Below the pieces are notes generated by a model, which saw only the letters and a list, made by a program, of their open reading frames with translations, was not told the DNA's origin and did not search any database. A stretch of 63,837 nt of DNA, the filler included, from Welwitschia mirabilis (Eukaryota): the NCBI GenBank assembly GCA_051453625.1. It is 4 parts of one record of this genome, joined end to end, with 100 filler letters (N's around TTAATTAATTAA, not from the genome) between each part and the next. Parts side by side here need not be neighbours in the genome. Positions count along the whole stretch, not along the records: positions 19,750 to 41,636 come from JBOZIK010000001.1; positions 41,737 to 62,700 come from JBOZIK010000001.1; 2 more parts are not named here. One strand, 5' to 3'. A program made the translations under genes and the position numbers. Shown piece by piece: positions 37,949 through 50,697 of this stretch; the stretch's first letter is position 1, and every line of letters begins with the position of its first letter.

Positions 37949-40900
37949 TGTTAAGTTGATGTGGCTCAAACTTGAGCCCACATCCCAAAGGCGTCCCTCA
38001 CCAAGGTGGCGCCTCGAAAGGGTCANNNNNNNNNNNNNNNNNNNNNNNNNNNNNNNNNNNNNNNNNNNNNNNNNNNNNNNNNNNNNNNNNNNNNNNNNNN
38101 NNNNNNNNNNNNNNNNNNNNNNNNNGGCCTGTTCGACCCTTCACCTATTGTAAGTATGTCAAGTTTGAGCCAAGGTGGAGATTGTTAAGTTGATGTGGCT
38201 CACACTTGAGCCCACATCCCAAAGGCGTCCCTCACCAAGGTGGCACCTCGAAAGGGTCATCTGCCCATCGTTTCTGGCTGAAACCGATGGGCATATTGCA
38301 TTATAAATAAGGTAAAACCTTATGCCAGAGAGAGAGAAATTGACTGATTGGCCAACAAGTGGTATCAAAGCAGGTTGGTCGTGTGGGCAGGCTTCATTTG
38401 CAGGCAGTTTCATTTGCAGGAAGCTCTTTTTGCTGTCAGTATCATGTTGACAGTATCATGCAACTCGCGGACGATCTAGGCCTTCTCAACAGCGTTGTCG
38501 AAACTGGCTTGCTTGTCAATCCGCCTTCCCATCCGTTAAGTGCCTCTTAAGCGCCTCAGTCGCCCCCGCGCTCAGCTGTCGGTCCTTCATTCGTTGCTGC
38601 ACAAACTGGCCCTCACAATCTGGCCCTTTCCTGCCCCTTTCGTGCCTAAGTGCGAGCGCCGTTTGTTCAGCTCCTAGGTGTTTTCCTTCCTGCAACTCAC
38701 TTCGTTCTTTCCAGCCGCTGCATTCTTTTTCGCCGCTTCGTTCTTTATAGCCACTGCGTTCTTTTTTCGCCATTTCGTTCTTTCCAGCCGCTGCGTTCTT
38801 TTTCCGCTGCTTCGTTCTTTCCAGCTGCGCGCTGTGCAAATCCTAGGCATTTCCTGTCAGCAACTCATCGTCGTTTCTTACCTATAGCTCGTCATCGTCG
38901 GCAGCCTCTTGGAAGGCAATCGGGAATACGGTGTTCTTGAAGGATTCTAAGCCTGAAGAAAACTGCATGCGTTTTGGGATAGAGGAAAGAAGTGCTGGAA
39001 GACCTTTCGTAGCTTCTTGTGAGTCTGCCCTCGCCGCCTCCTACGCCCGTCTCTCCGCACCTCCCGTCTCCACTTCTCATCACGGTGTGCTTGCTACGGT
39101 TCCTTGCCTCGTCTGCAACATCTGCAACGTCACCTGCACGCCCATCAGAAACAAAACATAGGCAAAAGACACTATTTCAAGTTTAGATCTATAATTTATT
39201 TTGGAGGTTTTATTTGTTTATTTTTAGTCATAAGAGTATAATTACTATCCATTTAATGACACTAGCTATTATAGTGGTTCTTATGGTTTGCCTTATAGTA
39301 ACCTTTGATTGTTACATTTAGGTTTACAATGACTTGACTATAGATTATTTTAAAATGGCTTTACTAAATACTCTTAATAAATGTTATAGATTCTATTCAA
39401 TTCATCTAAAATATTTAAGTTTTATTTTACTCCCTAAATTACATAATNNNNNNNNNNNNNNNNNNNNNNNNNNNNNNNNNNNNNNNNNNNNNNNNNNNNN
39501 NNNNNNNNNNNNNNNNNNNNNNNNNNNNNNNNNNNNNNNNNNNNNNNTTTCTGGCTGAAACCGATGGGCATATTGCATTATAAATAAGGTAAAAACCTTA
39601 CGCCAGAGGGAGAAGAAGATAGTGTATTATGAGAGAAATTGACTGATTGGCCAACAAGTGGTACCAGAGCAGTTTGGCCCTGTGGGCAGGCTTCATTTGC
39701 AGGTAGTTTCATTTGCAGGAAACTCTTATTTGCCATCAGTATCATGCTGACAGTATCATGCAACTCGCGGACGATCTAGGCCTTCTCAACAGCGTTGTCG
39801 AAACTGGCTCGCTTCTCAATCTATCTTCCCATCCGTTAAGCACCTCTCAAGTGCCTCAGACACCCTCGCGCTCATCTGTCGGTCCTCCATTTGTTGCTGC
39901 ATAAATTGGCCCTCACAATCTAGCCCTTTTCGGCTCCTTTCGTGCCTAATCGCCAGCGCTGTTTGTTCAGCTCCTAGGCATTTTCCTTTATGTAACTCGA
40001 TGTCATATTTTTTTTGCCGCTGCGTTCTTTTTCTGCTACTTCGTTTTTTCCAGCTACGCACTATGCAACTCCTAGGCATTTCCTACTGATAACTAGTCAT
40101 CGTTCCTTACCTGTAGCTCATCATTGTCAGCAGCCTCTTGAAAGGCGGTCGGGAATACGGTGTTCTTGAAGGATTCTAAGCCTGAAGAAAACTGCATGTG
40201 TTTTGGGATAGAGGAAAGAAGCGCTGGAAGACCTTTCGTAGCTTCCTGTGCATCTGTCCTCAATGCCTCCTATGCCCATCTCTCTGCGCCTCCCGTCTGC
40301 GCTTCTCATCACGGTTCGCTTGCTACGGTTCCTTACCTCGTCTGCAACGTCTGCAACATCACCTGTGCGCCCATTAGAAATAAAACATAGGCAGAAGATA
40401 CTATTTCAAGTTTAGATCTATAATTTATTGTGGAGGCTTATTTGTATATTTTTAATCATAAGAGTATAATTACTACCCATTTAATGACACTAGCTATTAT
40501 AATGATTCTTATGGTTTGCCTTATAGTAACCTTTGGTTGTTACATTTAGGTTTACAGTGACTTGACTATAGATTATAGATATATGAGATTTTAGTTTTAG
40601 TACTTTTATTGCNNNNNNNNNNNNNNNNNNNNNNNNNNNNNNNNNNNNNNNNNNNNNNNNNNNNNNNNNNNNNNNNNNNNNNNNNNNNNNNNNNNNNNNN
40701 NNNNNNNNNNNNNNNNNNNNNNNNNNNNNNNNNNNNNNNNNNNNNNNNNNNNNNNNNNNNNNNNNNNNNNNNNNNNNNNNNNNNNNNNNNNNNNNNNNNN
40801 NNNNNNNNNNNNNNNNNNNNNNNNNNNNNNNNNNNNNNNNNNNNNNNNNNNNNNNNNNNNNNNNNNNNNNNNNNNNNNNNNNNNNNNNNNNNNNNNNNNN

Positions 40901-41636
40901 NNNNNNNNNNNNNNNNNNNNNNNNNNNNNNNNNNNNNNNNNNNNNNNNNNNNNNNNNNNNNNNNNNNNNNNNNNNNNNNNNNNNNNNNNNNNNNNNNNNN
41001 NNNNNNNNNNNNNNNNNNNNNNNNNNNNNNNNNNNNNNNNNACAGGGAAGCAAGGAGGAAACAACCTCAATAGTTCACAGAAGTAAGTATCATTAAAACT
41101 GATATTGAAGGTGATGTATTATTATCGAAATATTCTACTGATGCTAGAAGTTCATTCAATTGGACTCTTGATTCAGGTTGCACTTTTGACATCTGTCCTC
41201 ATCGGGACTGGTTTATAACTTTGACATCTATTTGCTTTGGTATTGTCTTAATAGGTAATGATACCCAGTGTAAGATCAAAGGACTAGAAACTATTCAGAT
41301 CAAAAGTAATGATGGAGTTGTCAGGACTCTTAAGGAGGTACACTTTGTTCCTGAACTTAAACGAAACTTAATCTCATTAGGTACTCTTGAATCAAAAAGG
41401 TACAAATATGTCACTGAAGGTGGAGTGCTTAAAGTTATTAAAGGTGCTCTTGTTATGTTTAAGGCTAACCGTTATGATATCCTATATGTTTTACAAGGTT
41501 CTACAGTTATAGGTTCTATAGCTATTTCAACTTTGATGCCTGAATCAGACGTGACTCGCTTGTGGCACATGTGATTAGGTTACATGAGCGAGAAAGGTAT
41601 GCATATTCTTAGTAAGAAAGATCTCCTCTGTGGTTA
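37949..41636 (+). mobile_element. Tandem Ty1/copia (Tnt1/Tork-like) with ~175-bp LTRs and a long non-coding leader; broken by gaps
   Basis: LTR start TGTTAAG at 37949. PPT GAGCCAAGGTGGAGAT, LTR 38183-38357 (TGTT...AACA) and PBS TGGTATCAAAGC 38360. A further LTR end at 39656 with PBS TGGTACCAGAGC. Protease and pre-integrase WTLDSGCTFDIC...FVPELKRNLISLGTL...LWHM*LG at 41160-41636. Confidence 0.85.
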
Positions 41637-41735
41637 NNNNNNNNNNNNNNNNNNNNNNNNNNNNNNNNNNNNNNNNNNNNTTAATTAATTAANNNNNNNN
41701 NNNNNNNNNNNNNNNNNNNNNNNNNNNNNNNNNNN

Positions 41736-41736
41736 N

Positions 41737-41770
<34 letters not shown>
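41736..41770. repeat. (GA)n microsatellite at a contig edge
   Basis: Read directly from the sequence. Confidence 0.95.
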
Positions 41771-41775
<5 letters not shown>

Positions 41776-42498
41776 GTATAATGAAATAATAGCTGAGGGT
41801 GCTATTAACCTAAAGACAGAATGAAAACCCTTGGCCTAAGAGGAGGCTATGAACATGAGAAAAATGAGTCAACAACATGTGAAGTTGAGGGAAAGAGCAC
41901 TTCCATTATCAAAAAAGGAGGACACCACTATTGAATTAGGAATGTCCATGAAGAAAATGATATTTTACTCTCTTAAGATCCCTTTCATCTTGTGCCTTTA
42001 TTCTTTACATTTATCCTCTCATTAAAAATGAAAACCAAATCTTAAGAACTAGTGTTTTAGCAAAGCCAACCTACATAACTAGAAGAGAAAATAATAAAAT
42101 GTAGAGAAAAGTAGATAGAAAAATAAGAGGATGATAATAATAAGAGGATGCCATCAAAAAAGAGAGTGTCAGAGTAGAAGAATTGTGTAAGGAAGTGACC
42201 AATGGACTATTTAGAATGTAGAAAACTACTTTTAAAAAACATCATTACATCCTAAAATGAAGTAATTTGATGGCCATTTCCTTCAAAAAACCTACACTCA
42301 AGCACAAAGAAATTAATGCTTGGTTTTTCAAATAATAATTAGTAAGAAAGAATAATGCAACATCATACAATTTTATATCTATTATTTTTTTAAAGGAGGG
42401 TTGTTAATGTGTTTAATACAAAACTATATAAAAAAGACACACTTTAGCAGAGCCTAAAAATAGAGGTAAATGCTAATTACACCTCCTCAAGATAATAG

Positions 42499-43564
42499 TG
42501 TTGTGTTGCCAATTTAAGATTATTTGATGGGGTTTTATGAGTTGTTTTATAGGACTTTTATACAGGTTTAGTTGCAATTCTGAGGAATTTTGGATATACA
42601 AGAGGAAATCTCAGAAAAGTATGAATCTTACCCAAATTTAGTGTATTAAAGGCACTTTCTGATGCATAGAGCTTTGAAGAAGGATTAATAACAAAAATGC
42701 TAAGTTCTCTTCAAAGAAACGATTAAAGAAGACCATCATCCCCTCCGTCATCCCCATGACAGGCAGGACAATGATTGCTGATGTGGACTAGTAAGTCATC
42801 ATTTTGAGAATATTTTATAATGTGCTATCATCCCCCATGTTGTATGGACAACAGTTTGGAGAACACTAACATGTAACTAACTCTGACAGCAACTTGTAAC
42901 TATTTTGTCTGTTTCTGAGTCATTTATAAGTGCACCTAACCATACCTACTACTTGTCCTTTTTTGCTGTATTTTTTTATAAATAAATCCCCCTTCAACTC
43001 TCCTCCTCATATTCATTGCATCAAAAATCCTTGTGATAGGATGTCAAAGGGTGGAAGATCCATCTGCGTCTATTGTAGAAAGACATGCACTTAATGTAGG
43101 GCTGTGTACCCTCCATTGAGACCTGACTATTTTGTAACCCAAATTTTGTTACTATTTTAATATAAAACTTGGTTTAATTTTCATGTTTTCATCTTAGGTT
43201 TTTTTATTATACTTATGGTTTATGATTGCTCTTGATCCGGTGTCAATTTTTTAGATGACATAGATCATCAAGGGCAGCCTTTGTTAAGGTTGAAAGCTAG
43301 TAGAATTGGGGTTATTTTTGCATTGCATGTCAGTTTAGATTGCATATTGCAATTTGCATTATACTTTTATTTTTTGCATTATTATCTATTTTTGGTTCCT
43401 AGTTTTATTTTCAAAGCAACCTAAGTCTCATACTCATATAAGATATAACATTTCGAGTCTACTCCCACTATACTAGTATGATGTATTATGTAAGCTATAT
43501 ATTTTGGTTATAAATAGCAGGATCTCTTTGAATGTAAAATCTTGCATAAATACACATAGCAACA
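42499..43564 (+). repeat. ~1.07-kb LTR-like dispersed repeat, copy A (partial copy B 43812-44364; copy C ~45792-46923)
   Basis: Three mutually alignable copies (TTATTTGATGGGGTTTTATGAG..., GTGGACTA..., TATAAATAA...). A and C both end AAATACACA-nn-GCAACA. Confidence 0.75.
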
Positions 43565-45791
43565 TCCACCTACAAGAATTAAAATACTTTCCAAATCTAA
43601 TTTATAAATTGTAATTAAATCAAATTTAAAACTATTATTTACTTTAGTGATAAGAGCCATAGTAAGAGAGGTGAATGTAATGAAAGATATCCTTTTGTTA
43701 TTATCTGAGTCTTTCTTATCTAATTTGTTACTATTACAAGTGATCATATTACTTTTATTTTTTTATAGTATACTTTAATGCCTTTTTCTTTTTGTTATTT
43801 GAATACTTAGTTGTTGTGTGCTATTGCACTGCCAATTTGTGATTATTTTATGAGGTTTACAAGCTATTTTTTTAGGATATTTATAAATGTTTAGGTGTAA
43901 TTATGAGGATTTTAGAAGATTACTAATAAAAATGATAAGTTTCTCCTCAATAAAATCATTGAAGAAGACCATCATTTGTTCTATCGTTTCCACAACAGGC
44001 AAGACGATGATACCATTACTTGCTAATATGGACTACTAAATCACTACTAAGTCATCATTTTGAGTCATATTTTATGATGAGCTATCATCCCATTCATAAT
44101 CCAGATGATAACCGGGATGACACTGATATATAACTGACTCTGATAGTTGAACCTTAACCATTTTGTTTATTTCTTATCTATAATGAATGCATCTTACCAT
44201 GACTTCTCTTTTTCATTTTCTACTATGAGTTATTATAAATAAGTCCTTCTTTGACTCTTGTTCTCACCTTTGTTACACTAGAAGTTCTCATGATAGGAGA
44301 TCGAAGGATGAAAGATCCATCTTAAGTGTTGCAAGAAGATGTTTCTTTGATAAAGGTTGTGTATNNNNNNNNNNNNNNNNNNNNNNNNNNNNNNNNNNNN
44401 NNNNNNNNNNNNNNNNNNNNNNNNNNNNNNNNNNNNNNNNNNNNNNNNNNNNNNNNNNNNNNNNATTTGCTAAAAGGATTAAATCATAATTAATATAAAT
44501 ATGCTAAGAGGATATTTTTCTAAGATCTTTTCAAAATGGAACTAGGGTATATAATAGAAGTCTATACTATTTCTTTTAGGTGTTCATGTGATAAAGAAAT
44601 AATAGGAGAGGTAGTGTTAGAACTAATACCAAAATTATCCACTATAAGGCTAGTAACTTTAGCACCTAAAAAAACCCCTCATCTTAAGAAGAAGAATTCT
44701 AAACCTAAGTAGACCAAATTTCTATCATGAGGTAGAGGTAAAGAAAGAAGCTTAACAATGGAGAGAAGTCTCAAGATGTTCGTGTACAGTAGGAGCTATA
44801 AGGAATAAATTTAAAAGATCCTATTTTTCTAGAATAGTAAAGGAAAATTTTGGAATAATTTAAGTAATAGAGAAATCAATGAAAGCAATCTAAAGTGATA
44901 GCTGAGTAATTAAAGAAGGGAAAAATTAATAAATATCAATCATTGGTATTTAGAAAATGAAAAGGAAAAGAGAATTATTTTGTAATAAATTTATATATAT
45001 TTTTTAATGTTTTATTAAGGGATTAATAAGAGTTTAAACTTGAGGAAAACTAATAAGCAATAATTTTTTTATATATTTTACTTAATATTTCTTTTTTCAA
45101 TATCTATATATTTAATGTTAGTTATTAATATTTTAAGTCTAGTATTTTAGTATGTTATTGATTAGTTACATTATAAATAATTATTATAGGTACAATATAC
45201 CACTTGGAAAGATGAGACAGAGGCTTAAATGGAATGGCTAAAGTGTAGAAACAATCTTTACCATCTAACTATTTGCTAGAAGCAAGAAGAAAAACATCCC
45301 AAGAAGAATTCAATAATGTTAAAGTATAAATGCAATGATAGGCAAATAGAAAGGGATATTTTTGTAAAGGAAAAACTAACAATAGAGCTTTGATGAAGGC
45401 TTAGCAAGAGGATAATTTAGTGCATCCTAAAAACGATTAGTAGGAATCTCCATAAGTTCTAGTACAAGTTGCAAAGAAAAAAAACTAATTACTATTATTT
45501 CATTTCTATATAATTATGAATTCATTTTTAATAGAAATCTAAAAAGAAAGTTTACTATAAATCTTTAGTTACATTCACAAATGAAAAACTAATATTATCT
45601 TTAATTATTCTTTAATATCTATGATTAAGTAGGTATTATGATTTTTTATAGTACTTCGAAATAAGCATTATTTTAGTACTTTATTAAAAGCTTTAATGAT
45701 TTATATTTACCCCCAAATGATGTACATTATTTATACGATAAATAAATGTTTTTCAACCTGAGGTGTTCATTATGAATACTATAAAGACTTA

Positions 45792-46923
45792 TCTTGTAGT
45801 GCATTTAGAACTGAGTAATTTAAACTTTGACAAGTCTTAGTTTGTGTTGTGCTACCAATTAGTGGTTATTTGATGGGGTTTTATGAGTTGTTTTGTAGGA
45901 CTTTTATATAGGTTTAAGTACAATTATGAGGATTTTAGAGATATAAAAGGAAATCTCAGAAATGTATGATTCTTATCTAGATTTAATTTATTAAAAGTTC
46001 TTTCTAATGCATAGAGCTTTGGAAAAAGATTATTGACAAAAATACTAGTTTCTCCTTACGAAAATAATTAAAGGAAACTGTTGTCTCCTACACTATTCTC
46101 ATGACAGGTAGGACGATGACTGTTGATGTGGACTACTAAATCACTACTAACTCATCATTCTAAGTTATTGTTTATAATGTGTTGTCATCCCCATTGTTGT
46201 CTAGATGATAGTCTTGACAACACTAACATGTAACCAACTCTGATAGTAACCTTTGGCCATTTTTTCTATTTCATTTATGAGTGCACCTAACCACACCTAC
46301 TGTTTGTCTTTTTCTATTATAAGTTATTATAAATAAACCTCCTTTCGACTCTCCTTCTCATTTTCATTACACCAAAAATTCTTGTAATAGGAGATCGAAG
46401 GGTGAAAGATTCATCTTGAGTGTTAGAAAAAGATGTGCACTTGGTGAAGGGCTGCGTATCTTCCATTGAGACCTAGCTATTTTATAACCAAGATGCTTGT
46501 TATTCTTTCTTAATATAGACCTTGTTCTATTTTCATATTTACATTATAGATTTTCTAATTATTCTTATAGTCTATGTTTCCCTTGATTTGGTTATAATTT
46601 CTTAGGTGATATAGATTATTAAGGGTAGCCTTTGTTAAGACTAAAAGCAAGTAGTAATTAATTCATTTTGCAGTTGCATTTAGAATAGTTTCATCTTGAA
46701 TTATGCATTTTACTTTATTTCTTTGCATTTGTTAGTTATTTTTTATTCCTATATTCTTTTACAAAGTAACCTAAGTCTCATCTCATAGAATTCAATGTGA
46801 ATATGACATTTTGGGTCTAGTTTCACTTATACTAGTGTGATGTATTATGTAAGATATCTATTTTGGTTATAAATGATAGGATCTCTTTAAATGTAAAAAC
46901 TTGTACAAATACACACTGCAACA
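45792..46923 (+). repeat. LTR-like dispersed repeat, copy C
   Basis: Aligns along the length of copy A and ends ACACACTGCAACA. Confidence 0.75.
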
Positions 46924-46999
46924 AATAACATAAAAAGAATTAAAGCATATTAAATATTTAATTAGTAAGTAATAAGAAAAGATCTTTAGCAACTACTTT

Positions 47000-49900
47000 G
47001 TTATCTTTGTATTAAATATTAATTAAAGAAATGATAATCGTTTAATTCCCTCTAATAAAAGCATTAATTCGATTTCCCTAAAAGAAATCCTAATAATGGT
47101 GATTTTAGAGAAAGGATATGATTTTTATAAACAAAAAAAATCACCAATTATTAAACTAATTTCTGAAAGTATCTTGCATAAGAATAAAGAAAGTATAGGA
47201 GAAAGAGCTTCCAAATACGTTGAATAACCAATACAAAAGTTGCTTAGCCACACAACACTTCTAAAAAACATGCTAAATGGATTCACTAATTTTATAGATT
47301 GGGCATCAAATGGGATTAGTCTTGCTAAATTGAATCTGCCTATCAAATAGAAGATCTTAATGAAGAAAAGACAAAAAAAAAAACTTAAATTTTATTTGCA
47401 CTTTGTACAAAATAGAGCCTTCCATTTATCCTCTGATAAATCTAAATTTCATCCTTATTCATTCAAGTATAAAGGTTATATCCATTTTCTAGCCAAGAGT
47501 AAGATTTTAAGAGAGAAAAGTGACACATTTTTTGACTAGTTGGCCATAACTGTTCATCTATCCAAGAGTTATTACCATTAAGCTAATTGGAATTACTTAG
47601 AATGGACTCCACATGTATGAGAAATGGAAGATATTCCATCTAGAACTTTTATTTGGTTTTATAAGATTACCAAATGAAGAATATAGCTCCTTGATTTTTG
47701 GCTAATAGTTCATTGATATGAAAAAGGCATTTTTAATCAAAAGTTCTAGATTTAGATTGAAATTTTGAGCTAAAGGTAAGGAGTTAAATTCAAAACCAGG
47801 GACCACCAAAAGAAGTGTAAATTCAAATTATATTAAAAGATATCTTAAGGCTTCTAAGAGAGATAGATTTAAACTTTATTCTAGCATTTTCATATTTGAT
47901 TTAAAAGATAAGAGCCTAGTAAATTTCTCCTTGATCACAATCCGATTACTCTAATGAGAGTTGTTTTAATGAAAAGAGGGAGAAATTTTTACTTGATAAA
48001 AGTAATATATAAAAAGAACGTTTAAGCTTCACTTCCATAGAAGGATCAAATAACTCATTTAGAGGCTAGAAGATGATCTTATCTAATGATAAAAGAAATG
48101 TCACGGCCTTCAACAATTTTATTTATGAGAGAGATATGCTAGGCTACATAATGAAAAGCTTTATGATTTTCCTTGTAATCCTAGAGAAAACACCAAAGAA
48201 GCTTGTTGATAAAATATGTGGCCTTCTTTAAAAAAGCCATAAAAGAAATATAATAAATGGGAATTACACTCAAGATATCCTTTGTAATCACCAAACTTTC
48301 TGAAAGAGAAAGAGGCTTAAAAGGACACTTAAGAATTTTATCTTAAACTTGTTTGATCACATATTATCCAAAAGAGTTGTGAGTATGTTGAAGAGCTAAG
48401 GGAATTTCTAAAAGACAAAATTTATCTATTAGATAAATCCACCTAAAAAGAGAATTATTACACCAAGATTATTGAAGCAGAAAATTACTTCTAATGGCTT
48501 AAGTTTTATCCATATTAATTTTGGAGTTAGATGTCTTATAGTAAATGGAAATCACCTCAAAAGCAACTTGAACATTTTGCTTACTTTCCTTCAGAGAAAA
48601 AGGTATTATTAGTGAATTTACTATGAATAACTTTTTAATCATCTAGAAGTGAGACTCCTCTAGGAATGAAATCATGCTTCTTAGCATTAAGCATGATTTT
48701 TAAAAAAATCTATTGCGATCATAAAAAGATAAGATGCTATTTGTCTAATAGATCTACCTAGCTTGAAATAAGAAAAGAATTAACCATTAATATAGATAAA
48801 GACTTATGCATCTGATAAAATCATTCTGATATAATCTTCAAAAGAACTTATAAGATTATGATGCTTGATAAGGCATAAGAGATATGTTCAATCTACTTTA
48901 TCATAATCTTTTTGGAAAGAATTATAAGGTTAGTTCATGCATTTCATAGCTATAACAACATTGTCTTATATATATTTATTTTTTACAAATGTTATTTGCT
49001 CCCTTCTACTAAGACCATAGAGAAAGTTCTTTAATTTAGTAATATTATGTCTTGTGATAATTTTGCAAAGAACATTTAGCAGACTAATTAACCTCCAATT
49101 ATTGATTAGAAAAGCATCATTGAACTTAGGAATAAATTTAACTATGATTTTATTCAATGTTTTACCCAAAGAGTCTTTTCGAAAAGCTTCTAAGTAAACT
49201 TGATAAGCATCATTAATTATATGTCTTTAAAAATGTTTAAAGAATTCTATAGAAAAACCATCTATACCTAAAGCTTTTAATCCTTTAAGTACTAGACATC
49301 AATAGTAAGCTTAACCTTTGATAACTAATTGTTTGTATCATAAATAGATTTGTTAAAAGAGAGAGTCATACTAAAATAAAGATTTAAAATTTTCATGCAA
49401 ATTGATCCTTTCTTCAAAATCTTAGAATATTGAGAGTAAAAATTTGAGAGGGTGTCTTCCTATATAATGAATAAGCCTTTATCTAAATGAATGGTATTCA
49501 TTTGGGTAAAGGAAAAATTTCATTTTAGAAACTGAAAAAAATTAGGAGAGACTGAATTACCTATATAAAGCCAAGAAAAATAAGCTCAATATTACTGATT
49601 GCAAGCCTTCTAATGCTTGATTTGTCATAACCTAGATTTAGTCAAGAATAAAATTGAAAAATCTGAGTTTATACCATTTCCTCATTGATCTTAGATTGAT
49701 AGTTTAAATATTAAAAATTAGTTCAGTATTATAATGTTAAGTGTTTCTAGCTAAAATCTTTTCAACATGCTTAACTAAGCATCAGACTCTAATAACAGCA
49801 TCATTCCACTAGTTGATCTAACCATTATTATTAGTAGACTTCAAAGATAAGTTCTAGAAAAAGAATGAGATTGCATAGGGGTCACTACATGAAAAAAAAA

Positions 49901-50697
49901 AACAAAAAAAAAGTGTTAAAAATGAAGAGACCCCAAGAAAAGGATGAATTACTACAACTTTAAATCAACTAAGAAATTGAAGAATGATTAGTTAACACTT
50001 GAGAATAATTCGCATGAACTAGTAGATCTTTTTTGATTGAAAATGAGCTATATTATTATTAGATAAGTAAGCTCAATTAAGGCAAGATGAGATATAGGAA
50101 TTACCTATTCAAGCATTATTCCAAGTAAACCATCCTAAATTGCTAAAAGTTTTATAATTATAATTACCATCTTGAAAATTAAAATTATTTTTAAACTAGA
50201 TTTAAGCCAATAATTCCAAAAGATCTGATCCCCTAACTCTTCCTTCTTTTTTATCATAAGAGTTTTCAACCATATTAAAGTCATCAACCATGACCCAAAT
50301 GGTCTTTAGTAAGGTTTGAGTAAGATGAATCTACAAATTAGTACCATCCTAATCTTGACAAGGATGATAAATACATAAGAAACCAAAAATATGGTTTAAG
50401 TGAATAATGTGAATTCAAACACAATTTCCATTATGATCTCTACCAAGATCTAGGGTATGATTTGTTCAATTATTATAAAGGATGAGAGCTACTCATTCCT
50501 TACAATTTTCATGATGAATAAAATTGAACTAGCCATTAACAAAAGGATTCCAATAAAAGGTTTAAAAAATAATGGCTTAAATTTTAAATTGCTACAAAAA
50601 AATTACATTAACTCTTTTAATTAAAAGATGGTTTTGGACTATTCTTTTTCTAAGGAGTTCTGAGAGGCCAGTCACATTCTAAGATATGTAATTCATG
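47000..50697 (-). mobile_element. Very decayed L1-type LINE ORF2 (EN + RT)
   Basis: Reverse strand: MNYIS*NVTGL (EN start, 50697), WVMVDDFN (GDFN, ~50290), FIPK...NWRLISLLNVLCKII (RT, 49130-49050). Confidence 0.8.

Noticed and set aside
38516-38839. 107-aa KERSG-repeat ORF on the minus strand
   Set aside because: Translation of the leader tandem repeat; not preserved in the second unit.
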